A stretch of DNA of 64,000 bases from an uncultured Acetatifactor sp. (lineage in GTDB: Bacteria; Bacillota; Clostridia; Lachnospirales; Lachnospiraceae). Each line of letters begins with the position of its first letter. The first letter of the stretch is position 1. The notes under the pieces were generated by a model. The model was not told the DNA's origin, searched no databases, and was given only the letters and a program-made list of their open reading frames with translations. Positions 40,169-49,426 of the stretch are shown in pieces. The position numbers and the translations under genes were made by a program. Where the stretch lies: assembly GCA_910584865.1 (NCBI GenBank), contig CAJUCE010000026.1:3472-67471 (forward strand), in the 5' to 3' direction.

Positions 40169-41869
40169 ATGGCAAAAACATTTAATGTCAACGGCGCCTG
40201 CATACCCGGCAGGCATTATATGGTCAATCTGAAGCCCAGGTTGGAGGAAATCAAAGCCATGGTGGATGCCGGGGCTTACTTTACGATAAACAAAGCAAGA
40301 CAGTACGGCAAGACAACTACTCTGCGGGCTTTGGCGGATTTCCTGGAAAAGGATTACGAGATTGCATGTCTGGATTTTCAGAGAATCAGTTCGCTGTCTT
40401 TTGAGAAGGAACAGCACTTTGTAGAGGCTTTTGCAGAAGAGCTCCTGGACTGCGTAAAAGGATTTCCGGAAGGCGTTGAACAAAGGCTTTCCGCATTTGC
40501 AGACGGCACAGCCAGAATCAATTCTCTCCAGGCACTGTTTAAAGCCATCAGGCTGTGGTGCGGACAGTCCACAAAGCCCATTGTCCTGATGATAGACGAG
40601 GTGGATACCGCGGCGGACAACCAGGTGTTTTTAGATTTTCTTGCGCAGCTGCGGGCGGCTTATCTGGACAAGTATACGGTTCCGGCCTTTCAGTCGGTGA
40701 TTCTCTCCGGGGTTTATGACGTCCGCAATATCCGTGAGAAGCTTCGGCCTGAGGAAGAGCATAAAACAAACAGTCCATGGAACATTGCGGCGGACTTTTT
40801 GGTGGAGATGAGTTTTTCTCCTGAGGATATCGCCGGGATGCTTGCGGAATATGAAGAGGATTATCACACGGGGATGGATATTCCGCAGATGGCTCAGTTT
40901 CTTTACGCCAGTACATCCGGTTATCCCTATCTGGTTTCCAGGTTATGCCTGTTTATGGACGAGCGCCTTCCCGGCAGCGGGGAGTTTCCTGTTGTATCAT
41001 CCAGGGAAGCTGGCAGGATACAGCATCTTTCCGGCAGTGTAGAGTTTTCCGCTGCATCAACTAGGGGAGCAGATGGGGGGCAGCGGCTTTCTGACAGTGT
41101 CAAGTTTCCCGACAGAGCTGCTGCGTGGACGAAAGAGGGGTTCATGGAAGCGGAAAGGATGCTTGTGAAAGAGAACAATCCCCTCTACCAGTCGCTGATC
41201 GGAAAGCTGGTTTTATATCCGGAACTGAAGGCTGTATTGTACGAATTGCTTTTTAACGGGAAACCGATTCCGTATGTGGCGACAAACCGTTCCATTGAAA
41301 TCGCTGCCATGTTTGGTTTTGTGAAAAACATGGGGGATACGGCGGTGATTTCCAACCGAATTTTTGAGACCGTTTTGTATAACTATTTCCTTTCGGAGGA
41401 GTTCAATGGGAGCAAAATATACGATGCAGGAGTTCGGGAGCGGAACCAGTTTATCGTTGGAGGGCATCTGGATGTAAGGAGAGTATTGGAAAAATTCGTG
41501 GAGGCCTTTGACTATCTGTACGGCGATCGGGAGGAAACTTTTCTGGAGGATGCGGGAAGACGCTATTTTATGCTGTTTCTGAAACCAATTATAAACGGCG
41601 CGGGAAATTGCAGCGTCGAACCGGAGACCCGGAACCGCGAACGTATGGATCTGGTTATCTATTACCATGGGGAGCGGAGCATTATAGAAATGAAAGTGTG
41701 GCGCGGCAATGCCTATAACGAGCGGGGTGAGCGGCAGTTAATGGATTATCTGGAGTATTTTCACTTAAAAAAAGGCTATATGCTGAGTTTCAATTTCAAT
41801 AAAAAGAAAGTAATCGGTGTGAAGGATGTAATTCTGGGAGACAAGGTTTTGGTAGAGGCTGTTGTCTGA
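40169..41869 (+). CDS. AAA-like ATPase with C-terminal PD-(D/E)XK-like domain
   Basis: ARQYGKTT Walker A, LMIDEVD Walker B, SPWNIA, RMDLVI...IIEMK. Confidence 0.85.
   Translation: MAKTFNVNGACIPGRHYMVNLKPRLEEIKAMVDAGAYFTINKARQYGKTTTLRALADFLEKDYEIACLDFQRISSLSFEKEQHFVEAFAEELLDCVKGFPEGVEQRLSAFADGTARINSLQALFKAIRLWCGQSTKPIVLMIDEVDTAADNQVFLDFLAQLRAAYLDKYTVPAFQSVILSGVYDVRNIREKLRPEEEHKTNSPWNIAADFLVEMSFSPEDIAGMLAEYEEDYHTGMDIPQMAQFLYASTSGYPYLVSRLCLFMDERLPGSGEFPVVSSREAGRIQHLSGSVEFSAASTRGADGGQRLSDSVKFPDRAAAWTKEGFMEAERMLVKENNPLYQSLIGKLVLYPELKAVLYELLFNGKPIPYVATNRSIEIAAMFGFVKNMGDTAVISNRIFETVLYNYFLSEEFNGSKIYDAGVRERNQFIVGGHLDVRRVLEKFVEAFDYLYGDREETFLEDAGRRYFMLFLKPIINGAGNCSVEPETRNRERMDLVIYYHGERSIIEMKVWRGNAYNERGERQLMDYLEYFHLKKGYMLSFNFNKKKVIGVKDVILGDKVLVEAVV
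40961..41110 (+). repeat. Degenerate 60-bp coding tandem repeat (~2.5 copies)
   Basis: RLPGSGEFP / HLSGSVEFS / RLSDSVKFP at 60-bp spacing (40961, 41021, 41081). Confidence 0.8.
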
Positions 41870-41941
41870 CGGATTCGGACGAAAGCGCAGAGAAGCCGGG
41901 CGAAGGATGCGGACGGCTGAGGAAGCGGTGCGGCTGGGAAT

Positions 41942-42589
41942 TCAAATCCCCGCCCGCAGCTTTTTTTCATATTCCTCCCAGGAGATGTACCGGCCGCCCA
42001 TGCTTTCCAGGTGTTCGGTATGAAATTGACAATCGATAAACAAAAAACGGTTTGCCGATAAAGCTTGAGCCAAAGCAATCAGTGCTGCTTTAGAGCCGTT
42101 TTCGCGCTCCGAGAACATACTTTCCCCGAAAAAGCACTTTCCGATGGAGACGCCGTAGAGACCGCCCGCCAGGGCATCGTCTTCAAATACTTCCAGGCTG
42201 ACGGCATATCCGGCTTCATGGAGACGGTGATATGCGGCCTCCATTTCGTCGGAAATCCAGGTTCCTTCGTTAAATTCCCGCTTCACGCGGCAGCGGTGCA
42301 TGGTGTCGGCAAAGTCCCGGTTCAGAAGCATTTTCAATTCATGTTTTTTGATGTACTTTTTCATAGACCGGGAGATGTGGATTTCTTCAGGAAAGATGAC
42401 AAAGCGTTCCCGGGGACACCACCACAGGATTTCTTCCCCCGGCTCATACCAGGGGAAGATTCCGTGGGTGTATGCCAGAAGAAGACGTTCTACGCTCAGA
42501 TCTCCGCCCACTGCAAGCAGCCCGTCACGGCGGGCATAAGTGGGATGGGGAAATGAAATTTCGCTATCATTCAGTCGATATACTGGCAT
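41942..42589 (-). CDS. aat: Leucyl/phenylalanyl-tRNA-protein transferase
   Basis: GLLAVGGDLS, AYTHGIFPW, GTWI, GGLYGV, FFGESMFS, IDCQ..TEHL.SMG. Confidence 0.95.
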   Translation of the reverse strand: MPVYRLNDSEISFPHPTYARRDGLLAVGGDLSVERLLLAYTHGIFPWYEPGEEILWWCPRERFVIFPEEIHISRSMKKYIKKHELKMLLNRDFADTMHRCRVKREFNEGTWISDEMEAAYHRLHEAGYAVSLEVFEDDALAGGLYGVSIGKCFFGESMFSERENGSKAALIALAQALSANRFLFIDCQFHTEHLESMGGRYISWEEYEKKLRAGI

Positions 42590-42635
42590 AATGCGGCCTC
42601 CTTTATGGCAGAGCAATTTATTTTGGAACACTTCC

Positions 42636-45014
42636 TTAGCGGCTGGGAATTGCGGAATCTGACAAGAGCTGCAGCCGGAAAGCCTTATCCTGTACAGTCA
42701 GCCGGCACTGACCTCCGCCTTTCAATGCACCGAAGAGAATTTCGTCTACCAGGAGGGGCTTGATTTCTCCCTGAATTACCCGTTCGATTTCCCTTGCGCC
42801 GAATTCCACGCTGATTCCCTTCTCCCGAACCAGCTTTTTTGCGGAGCCGTCGGCACGAAATTCGATATTCTTCTGCGAAAGCATCTTTTGCAGTTCTCCT
42901 AATTTTTTCTCCACGATTTTCTCGGCCATGGCTTCGTCCATGCCGTGGAAGACTACGATGCGGTTCAGGCGATTGCGGAATTCCGGCTGGAAGATACGCT
43001 TTACTTCCTCCATGATTACGTTCGGACTCACATCCTGGCCCTGAAAGCCGATACCGTGCTTTCCGATCCGGCTTGCTCCGGCGTTTGATGTCATAATGAG
43101 AATAATATTCCGGAAATCCGCTTTTCGGCCCTGATTGTCTGTCAGGGTGGCGTAATCCATGACTTGAAGCAGGATATTATAGATATCCGGGTGGGCTTTT
43201 TCTATTTCATCCAGCAGAAGGACCGCGTGGGGATGTTTGCGCACTTCTTCCGTCAGCAGGCCGCCTTCCTCGTAGCCCACATAGCCGGCGGGCGCGCCGA
43301 TTAGTTTGGCTACGGCGTGTTTTTCCTCATATTCGCTCATGTCGAAACGGATCAGGCGGATACCCAGTTCCTCGGCCAGACTTCTGGCGATCTCCGTTTT
43401 ACCCACGCCGGTGGGGCCCGCAAATAGCAGGCTGGCCAGAGGCTTGCCTTCTTCCAGCAGGCCTGCCCTGGAGAATTTCACGGCATTGACCACCTGGGAC
43501 AGGGCCTCGTCCTGTCCGAAAATGCGGCTCAACAGACGGCTTTCCAGGGTGGCCAGGGCCTCTGTCTCGTCTTTCTCCACCATCTGTTTGGGAATATGGC
43601 ATGCCTTGGACAGAATCTCGTCAATCAATTCCCGGTCTACAGTCTGGGGATCCTGTGCCAGCGGATGCATACGGCGATAGGCGCCGGCTTCGTCGATCAA
43701 ATCGATGGCCTTGTCGGGCAGGAAGCGTTCATTGATATATTTGGAACTCATTTCCACCGCGTATTCCAGCACGCCTTTCTCATAGGTGATGCCATGGAAA
43801 TTCTCATAATTTTCTTTCAGCCCTTCCAGGATCTTGACGGCATCTTCAGGATCCGGCTCCGTGATTTCAATATTCTGGAATCTGCGCACCAGGCTTTTGC
43901 TTTTCTCAAAATGTTTCTTATATTCCTCGTTGGTGGTGGCTCCGATGAAACGCATATGCCCCGCAGCCAGGTAGGGTTTCAGCATGTTGGAGATATCGAA
44001 GCTTCCGCCGTTCACTGCGCCTGCGCCCACGATATTGTGGATCTCGTCAATATAAATGATGGGCTTTTCCTCCCGGGAGAGACTGTCCATCACTTTTTTG
44101 AAGCGCTTTTCAAAATCGCCGCGGTACTGGGTGCCGGCAAGGAGGCTGCCCAGATCCAGAGAATAGATTCTGGCCCCGGACAATGGCGCAGGAACCCGAT
44201 CTTCTTCCAGAAGCCTGGCCAGACCATAGGTGACGGCGGTTTTGCCCACGCCGGGTTCGCCCAGATGGAGCGGATTGTTTTTCTCCCTGCGGCAGAGAAT
44301 CTGCATGGTGCGTTCCAGTTCCTCCTTCCGTCCGATCAGGGGATTCACCCCTTCCAGTGTATCGTTCAGGCAGACGGCATATTGCTGCCAGAAGGCTCCC
44401 TGTGTGTCCTGATTATCTTCTTCTTCGGGCAATTCCCCAAAGGACAGGGGATCCCGGTGGGTATCCTCTTCGCCGGCTTCCCGCGAAGACGAAGCATCGC
44501 CGGAAGCGTTAAAGCCGGACCGCCCGGGGATTTTGCCGGTTGCAGAGCGGCTATCAGAGGTGTCGGTACCGGCGATTTCTTCATAGAGAATGGTCAGTTC
44601 CCGCAGAAGCGCAGACTGCTCCACCCCCTGCAGCTGCAGATAGTACGCGGCATAACTTTCCGGCAACGCGTATATGGCATGGATGATATGGGGCAGATCC
44701 ACTGCGGATTTCTCGCTGTTGAATGTGGATTCACAGGCATAGGATAAGAGGAGTTCCATGCCATGGGAAAATGCAGGGCCGTTCTTTTCGTCAGAAGTTT
44801 CATCGAACTGCTCCATATTTTCTTCCAACCAGGTTTTTAACTGATAATCCAGTTGCCTGACACTTCCGTCACAATTCCGAAAAGCCCGGGCAAAAACAGG
44901 ATTACGGCAAATGACATACAGTAACAGCTCAGGGGTAACGTATTCAAAGCGTGCATTTTGAGCCAATGAGGATGCCTCCTGAATCAGTTCTGTTACTTCT
45001 GATGAAATGTACAT
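42636..45014 (-). CDS. clpA: ATP-dependent Clp protease ATPase subunit ClpA
   Basis: Two AAA+ modules (GEPGVGKT, GPTGVGKT), no M-domain, IGF loop, adjacent to clpS and aat. Confidence 0.92.
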   Translation of the reverse strand: MYISSEVTELIQEASSLAQNARFEYVTPELLLYVICRNPVFARAFRNCDGSVRQLDYQLKTWLEENMEQFDETSDEKNGPAFSHGMELLLSYACESTFNSEKSAVDLPHIIHAIYALPESYAAYYLQLQGVEQSALLRELTILYEEIAGTDTSDSRSATGKIPGRSGFNASGDASSSREAGEEDTHRDPLSFGELPEEEDNQDTQGAFWQQYAVCLNDTLEGVNPLIGRKEELERTMQILCRREKNNPLHLGEPGVGKTAVTYGLARLLEEDRVPAPLSGARIYSLDLGSLLAGTQYRGDFEKRFKKVMDSLSREEKPIIYIDEIHNIVGAGAVNGGSFDISNMLKPYLAAGHMRFIGATTNEEYKKHFEKSKSLVRRFQNIEITEPDPEDAVKILEGLKENYENFHGITYEKGVLEYAVEMSSKYINERFLPDKAIDLIDEAGAYRRMHPLAQDPQTVDRELIDEILSKACHIPKQMVEKDETEALATLESRLLSRIFGQDEALSQVVNAVKFSRAGLLEEGKPLASLLFAGPTGVGKTEIARSLAEELGIRLIRFDMSEYEEKHAVAKLIGAPAGYVGYEEGGLLTEEVRKHPHAVLLLDEIEKAHPDIYNILLQVMDYATLTDNQGRKADFRNIILIMTSNAGASRIGKHGIGFQGQDVSPNVIMEEVKRIFQPEFRNRLNRIVVFHGMDEAMAEKIVEKKLGELQKMLSQKNIEFRADGSAKKLVREKGISVEFGAREIERVIQGEIKPLLVDEILFGALKGGGQCRLTVQDKAFRLQLLSDSAIPSR

Positions 45015-45015
45015 A

Positions 45016-45315
45016 TTATGCCTCCTCTACTGTCATGCGAAAGGGAAATCCCTCTTGTTTCGCTCTTTTCGAAGCCGTCTGAATTTTTGTGACAGCAATG
45101 TCATAAGTGTAAGCCCCAACGGCTGCACGGCCGCTCTCATGCACCATGAGCATCAGGCGTTCTGCCTCCGGAAGGCTTTTGCGGAAAATGTCTATGAGGA
45201 TTTCCACCACAAATTCCATGGGAGTGAAATCATCATTGTGCATGATCACACGATAATGTTTTGGTTCGCGGATATCGATTCTTATCTTTTCTTTTGTTTC
45301 ACCTTGTACGGACAT
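45016..45315 (-). CDS. clpS: Clp adaptor ClpS
   Basis: HNDDFTPMEFVV, MLMVHESG, IAVTK. Confidence 0.95.
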   Translation of the reverse strand: MSVQGETKEKIRIDIREPKHYRVIMHNDDFTPMEFVVEILIDIFRKSLPEAERLMLMVHESGRAAVGAYTYDIAVTKIQTASKRAKQEGFPFRMTVEEA

Positions 45316-45405
45316 ATAATATCACCCTCTGTAAATTATTAATATTAAGATAATCCATATTCTGGTTGGGATTGTTGTAAGTTTTGCCCAAATTTCTGAG
45401 AGGTA

Positions 45406-45434
45406 ATTATAATATTTTATATGAATTTTGTCAA
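45406..45434 (-). promoter_or_regulatory. Consensus sigma-A promoter for clpS-clpA-aat
   Basis: TTGACA-17 bp-TATAAT on the minus strand. Confidence 0.8.
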
Positions 45435-45555
45435 GACAGATGAATTTCGTCTATTGTAATACAAAGTCTTCTGAACTATAATGCCGGTAAACAACCGTTT
45501 TGGAATTCCTGTCTGTTGCAGGACAGTTGCCGACGGCGACAGAAGGGAGAGTATT

Positions 45556-45785
45556 ATGAGGTCTGTGGAGCTTTTGAAACAGGAAATCAGCAACAGTCCG
45601 GACGGTTCCGGCTATGTAAAGAGGCGATGGCTGCAGATTTTAAAGGGTATGAAGAGCTGAGAAAATACCGGGCACTTGGGTTATCTTATGGATTTTCCGG
45701 AACCGAGCCGCTGTCCGGGGAGCGTATCCTGGAAATCAAAACCGTTTTTGAGAGAGATTTTTCTGTAACTGTTGAAAACGTGTAA
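45556..45785 (+). pseudogene. Gene scar, possibly the C-terminus of a glycyl-radical activating enzyme
   Basis: RBS + MRSVELLKQEI joined out of frame to KYRALGLSY...EPLSGERILEIKTVF. Confidence 0.35.
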
Positions 45786-45841
45786 ACAAAACCGCAATCT
45801 CATCAATGTGTATTGAACCTCGAGAATATCTGTGATAGAAT

Positions 45842-45887
45842 CAAGTACAACAGTTCAGACAGAGTACTGAACTGTTGTACTTGTTTT
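45842..45887 (+). terminator. Intrinsic terminator
   Basis: CAAGTACAACAGTTCAG / CTGAACTGTTGTACTTG 17-bp stem followed by TTTT. Confidence 0.75.
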
Positions 45888-46020
45888 AACAAGGAATGCG
45901 AGGGCGGATTGGCACATATGCTTTGTAGCAGAGGAGTAACAAAGTGAACCTTCTGCAATATTGCGGGGAGCCATTGGCCGAAAGAAGCGATTTCGAGTAC
46001 AGAAAAGAGGAGAACTGACA

Positions 46021-46896
46021 ATGATGGAAATTATCAAGGCGATTATCTACGGAATAGTGGAAGGAATTACGGAATGGCTTCCGATCAGCAGTACAGGACA
46101 TCTGATTCTGCTGGAAAGCATTATGCCGTTTCAGACGGCTGCGGAAGGCGGAGCCGTCAGCGAGGAATTTTTCGGTATGTTTGATGTGGTGATCCAGCTG
46201 GGTGCCATTCTGGCTGTGGTGGTGCTGTTCTGGAACCGGATATGGCCTTTTGCGCTGACGAAAAAGGAGCGGGAAAAAGAGGGAGGAACCGGAATAGCGT
46301 CCTGGTTTAAGAAGGATATCTGGGTGCTGTGGTTCAAAATCCTGGTATCCTGCGTGCCGGCAGCCGTCATCGGGATCCTGTTTGACGATGTGTTTGACAA
46401 ATTATTTTATAATCCCACCTGTGTGGCCATTGCGCTGATCGTATTCGGTGTGGCGTTTATCGTGGTCGAGAATTGGAACAAGGGGCGGCACCCGAAAGTG
46501 CGGAAGCTGTCGCAGATCACGTATCAGACGGCATTCCTGATCGGTGCGTTTCAGCTGATTGCAGCGGTTTTTCCGGGAACTTCACGTTCCGGCGCCACCA
46601 TTGTGGGAGCATTGCTGATCGGCGTATCCAGGACTGTGGCAGCAGAATATACTTTCTTCCTGGCGATTCCGGTGATGTTCGGCGCCAGCCTTTTGAAGGT
46701 GGTAAAGTTTGGATTTGAATTTACATCTCTGGAACTGGCGGTATTGGGGACAGGTACCCTGGTGTCCTTTATCGTATCTTTGTTTGTGCTTCGCTTTCTG
46801 ATGGGATATATCAAAAAGCATGACTTTAAGGTGTTTGGTTGGTACCGTATTGTTCTGGGGGCTGTGGTGCTTCTGTATTTTGGTTTGCTGGTATAA
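46021..46896 (+). CDS. uppP: Undecaprenyl-diphosphate phosphatase
   Basis: VEGITEWLPISSTGHL, PGTSRSGATI. Confidence 0.96.
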   Translation: MMEIIKAIIYGIVEGITEWLPISSTGHLILLESIMPFQTAAEGGAVSEEFFGMFDVVIQLGAILAVVVLFWNRIWPFALTKKEREKEGGTGIASWFKKDIWVLWFKILVSCVPAAVIGILFDDVFDKLFYNPTCVAIALIVFGVAFIVVENWNKGRHPKVRKLSQITYQTAFLIGAFQLIAAVFPGTSRSGATIVGALLIGVSRTVAAEYTFFLAIPVMFGASLLKVVKFGFEFTSLELAVLGTGTLVSFIVSLFVLRFLMGYIKKHDFKVFGWYRIVLGAVVLLYFGLLV

Positions 46897-46987
46897 ATAA
46901 CATTGGCTTGAAAAAAGCATTGGACCAATTTCCGATACTATATGCACCGGGCGCATAAAATGAAAGCACAATATTTTCCAACGTCTT

Positions 46988-47602
46988 TCAAGGCTGGCCG
47001 TTTTTTTCCTTAAGGTGCCGTATAATGGTATTGCGGCTGGAAGAGCGCAATCCTTCCGCGGTGCGGATCAGCTGCTCAATCCGAAAACGCTCTCCCCGGG
47101 AAGCCCAATAATCCGCCAGCTGGTAATAGGTGCTGCTCACATCGGTATTGGTACTGACTGCGAATTCCATGATGACTGCGGCCTCTTTGCGGAATCCAGC
47201 GGCGATGAGTTCGTCAGCCCATTTTTGCAGGGTGCGTACCAGGAGCGTGTAATTTTGATCATATTCGGACAGCGCCGTGATATTGGCCGTGCCGTATTCC
47301 AGCTTCAGGTCCGTGTTGGTCCAGCCGGTGAAGTTTACGATCTTTTGGGAAGTGAGCGTCTCCAGAGTCTCGATACATTCCAGAACCGTCGCATTATCGT
47401 TCAATACATGGGTGGGCAGCTGTTCCAAGGGGATGATGATGTAATGCAGCTTGTCTATTGGTTTGCGACGGACGGAGTTGGCCCGGGTTTCTCTCGCCCA
47501 GAAATCTTTTTCATCCCGGCGGCCGTTTCTGTTATTTTTTTTTATATTATAGGAAATGAGAATTGCAAAGGTGATAAACGCGCCTAAAAAACCGATATTC
47601 AT
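46988..47602 (-). CDS. Conserved hypothetical protein with N-terminal TM anchor
   Basis: Intact 204-aa ORF with GAAAGGA RBS. Confidence 0.7.
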   Translation of the reverse strand: MNIGFLGAFITFAILISYNIKKNNRNGRRDEKDFWARETRANSVRRKPIDKLHYIIIPLEQLPTHVLNDNATVLECIETLETLTSQKIVNFTGWTNTDLKLEYGTANITALSEYDQNYTLLVRTLQKWADELIAAGFRKEAAVIMEFAVSTNTDVSSTYYQLADYWASRGERFRIEQLIRTAEGLRSSSRNTIIRHLKEKNGQP

Positions 47603-47779
47603 ATGTCATCCTTTCCCGGTACCGTAAGGAAAACGCCGGCCCGATGATGTTAAGTATAGCAAAGGATACGGAATAAGGGAAGAGGAAAAAGGAATAAAGC
47701 TTGCCAAAAGTGTCAGTTTCATATATAATTTCTTCGTAAAGCAAATGGAGTTGGCTCAAAGAGCGAGGAGGCGTCTGCT

Positions 47780-47887
47780 ATGTTTCATATGAATAATAAA
47801 AAGAGAAATCAACGTATTTCTGCCGTCATTGTCATTTTGCTGATATTAGCCATGGTAGTTCCCATGGTAGCATCTATTGTACCTTAA
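47780..47887 (+). CDS. Small 35-aa single-TM protein (not in ORF track)
   Basis: GGAGG RBS; MFHMNNKKRNQRISAVIVILLILAMVVPMVASIVP*. Confidence 0.7.
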   Translation: MFHMNNKKRNQRISAVIVILLILAMVVPMVASIVP

Positions 47888-47910
47888 TTGAACGGCAGGC
47901 GACAAGGAGA

Positions 47911-49395
47911 GTGATGAGTATGAAGAAGGGAATAAGACACGGTTGTCTTGCAGCGTTGCTGCTTGCATGCATATTCGCTTTCGGAACCAGAGCGGAGGCG
48001 GAGAGTGCGGAGGGGATTAAAAACGGTATTTTTGCAGAGGATATCGATCTGTCCGGCATGAGCGCCCAGGAAGCATCGGCGGCAGTGGAAGCCTATGTGG
48101 AAGGATTGAGAGAGACTCAGATTACCCTTCTGGCTGCGGACGACACGGAAGTGGCGGTAACGGCAGGGGATCTTGGGATATTCTGGGCAAATCCGGATTT
48201 GGTGACGGATGCTCTGGAAGTAGGAATTCACGGCAATGTAATTGAGCGTTACAAGCTGTTAAAAGATCTGGAGCAGGAGAATCTGATTCTGCCCATAGAG
48301 ATTTCCTTTGATTTACAGGCTATCAGCGATATTTTGCTGGAGCGTTGTGTGCAGTATGATGTAAAGGCTGAGGATGCCACACTGGTTCGGGAGAACGGTG
48401 AATTTCGGGTGGTGGGAGGACAGGTCGGCTATGCGCTGGATGTGGAGACTTCCGTGGACAGGGTTAGCGAGCAGCTGATGAAGGACTGGGACAGACAGCC
48501 ATGTACCATAGCGCTGGACGTGGAAGTGGAGCAGCCCAGGGGAACGGCGGAGGATCTGGCCCAGGTTAAGGATGTATTGGGGACTTTCACCACTTCATAC
48601 AGTTCCTCGGGACCCAACAGAAGCGCCAATGTGTCCAATGGCTGCGAGTTGATCAACGGCACATTGCTGTATCCGGGAGAGGAATTCTCTACTTATGAGA
48701 GCGTAGCCCCCTTTTCTCAGGCGAACGGTTACTATATGGCCGGCTCTTATTTGAACGGTAAGGTGGTTGACAGTCTGGGAGGCGGTATCTGTCAGGTATC
48801 TACCACGCTGTATAATGCGGTACTGCAGGCGGAGCTGGATGTGACGGAGAGACATAACCATTCCATGATTGTGACATATGTGGATCCTTCCGCAGATGCT
48901 GCCATAGCGGAGAGTTCAGGCAAGGATTTCAAGTTTGTGAATAACCTGGAATATCCTATATACATTGAAGGTTATACCCAGAATAAGCGTATCACTTTTA
49001 CAATTTACGGGAAAGAAAGCAGAAGCGCTGACCGGGAGGTACGGTATGAAAGCAAGGTGCTGGAGGTAATCAATCCGCCTGCGGATGTGATTTATGCGGA
49101 CGGCTCCCAGCCTATCGGCTATGTGGTATCTGACAGCGCCCATGTGGGTTATAAGGCGCAGCTGTGGAAGGTGGTGCTGGAGGGCGGCCAGGAAGTGAGC
49201 CGTACCCAGGTCAACAGCAGCAGCTACAAGATGGTTCCCAGAAGCGGTACGGTGGGGACGGCTACGGAGGATCCGGTGGCATACGAAGAGATTATGGCAG
49301 CCATCGGTACGGGGAATCTGGACCATGTGCGGAATGTGATCGGCATGCTGACGGCGCCTCCGGAAGAGAATTATGATGATAGTTATGAGGAATAA
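47911..49395 (+). CDS. VanW-family protein with PG-binding and G5-like regions
   Basis: Signal peptide; GGGICQVSTTLYNA, ERHNHS, DFKFVNN. Confidence 0.9.
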   Translation: MMSMKKGIRHGCLAALLLACIFAFGTRAEAESAEGIKNGIFAEDIDLSGMSAQEASAAVEAYVEGLRETQITLLAADDTEVAVTAGDLGIFWANPDLVTDALEVGIHGNVIERYKLLKDLEQENLILPIEISFDLQAISDILLERCVQYDVKAEDATLVRENGEFRVVGGQVGYALDVETSVDRVSEQLMKDWDRQPCTIALDVEVEQPRGTAEDLAQVKDVLGTFTTSYSSSGPNRSANVSNGCELINGTLLYPGEEFSTYESVAPFSQANGYYMAGSYLNGKVVDSLGGGICQVSTTLYNAVLQAELDVTERHNHSMIVTYVDPSADAAIAESSGKDFKFVNNLEYPIYIEGYTQNKRITFTIYGKESRSADREVRYESKVLEVINPPADVIYADGSQPIGYVVSDSAHVGYKAQLWKVVLEGGQEVSRTQVNSSSYKMVPRSGTVGTATEDPVAYEEIMAAIGTGNLDHVRNVIGMLTAPPEENYDDSYEE

Positions 49396-49426
49396 GGCTG
49401 AGAATGCTTCGGCATGGAGGAATGAA

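Noticed and set aside
36989..49395. Antibiotic-resistance island (ABC-F, uppP, vanW)
   Set aside because: The genes sit in housekeeping context with no vanHAX cluster or mobility genes; resistance cannot be inferred from family membership.
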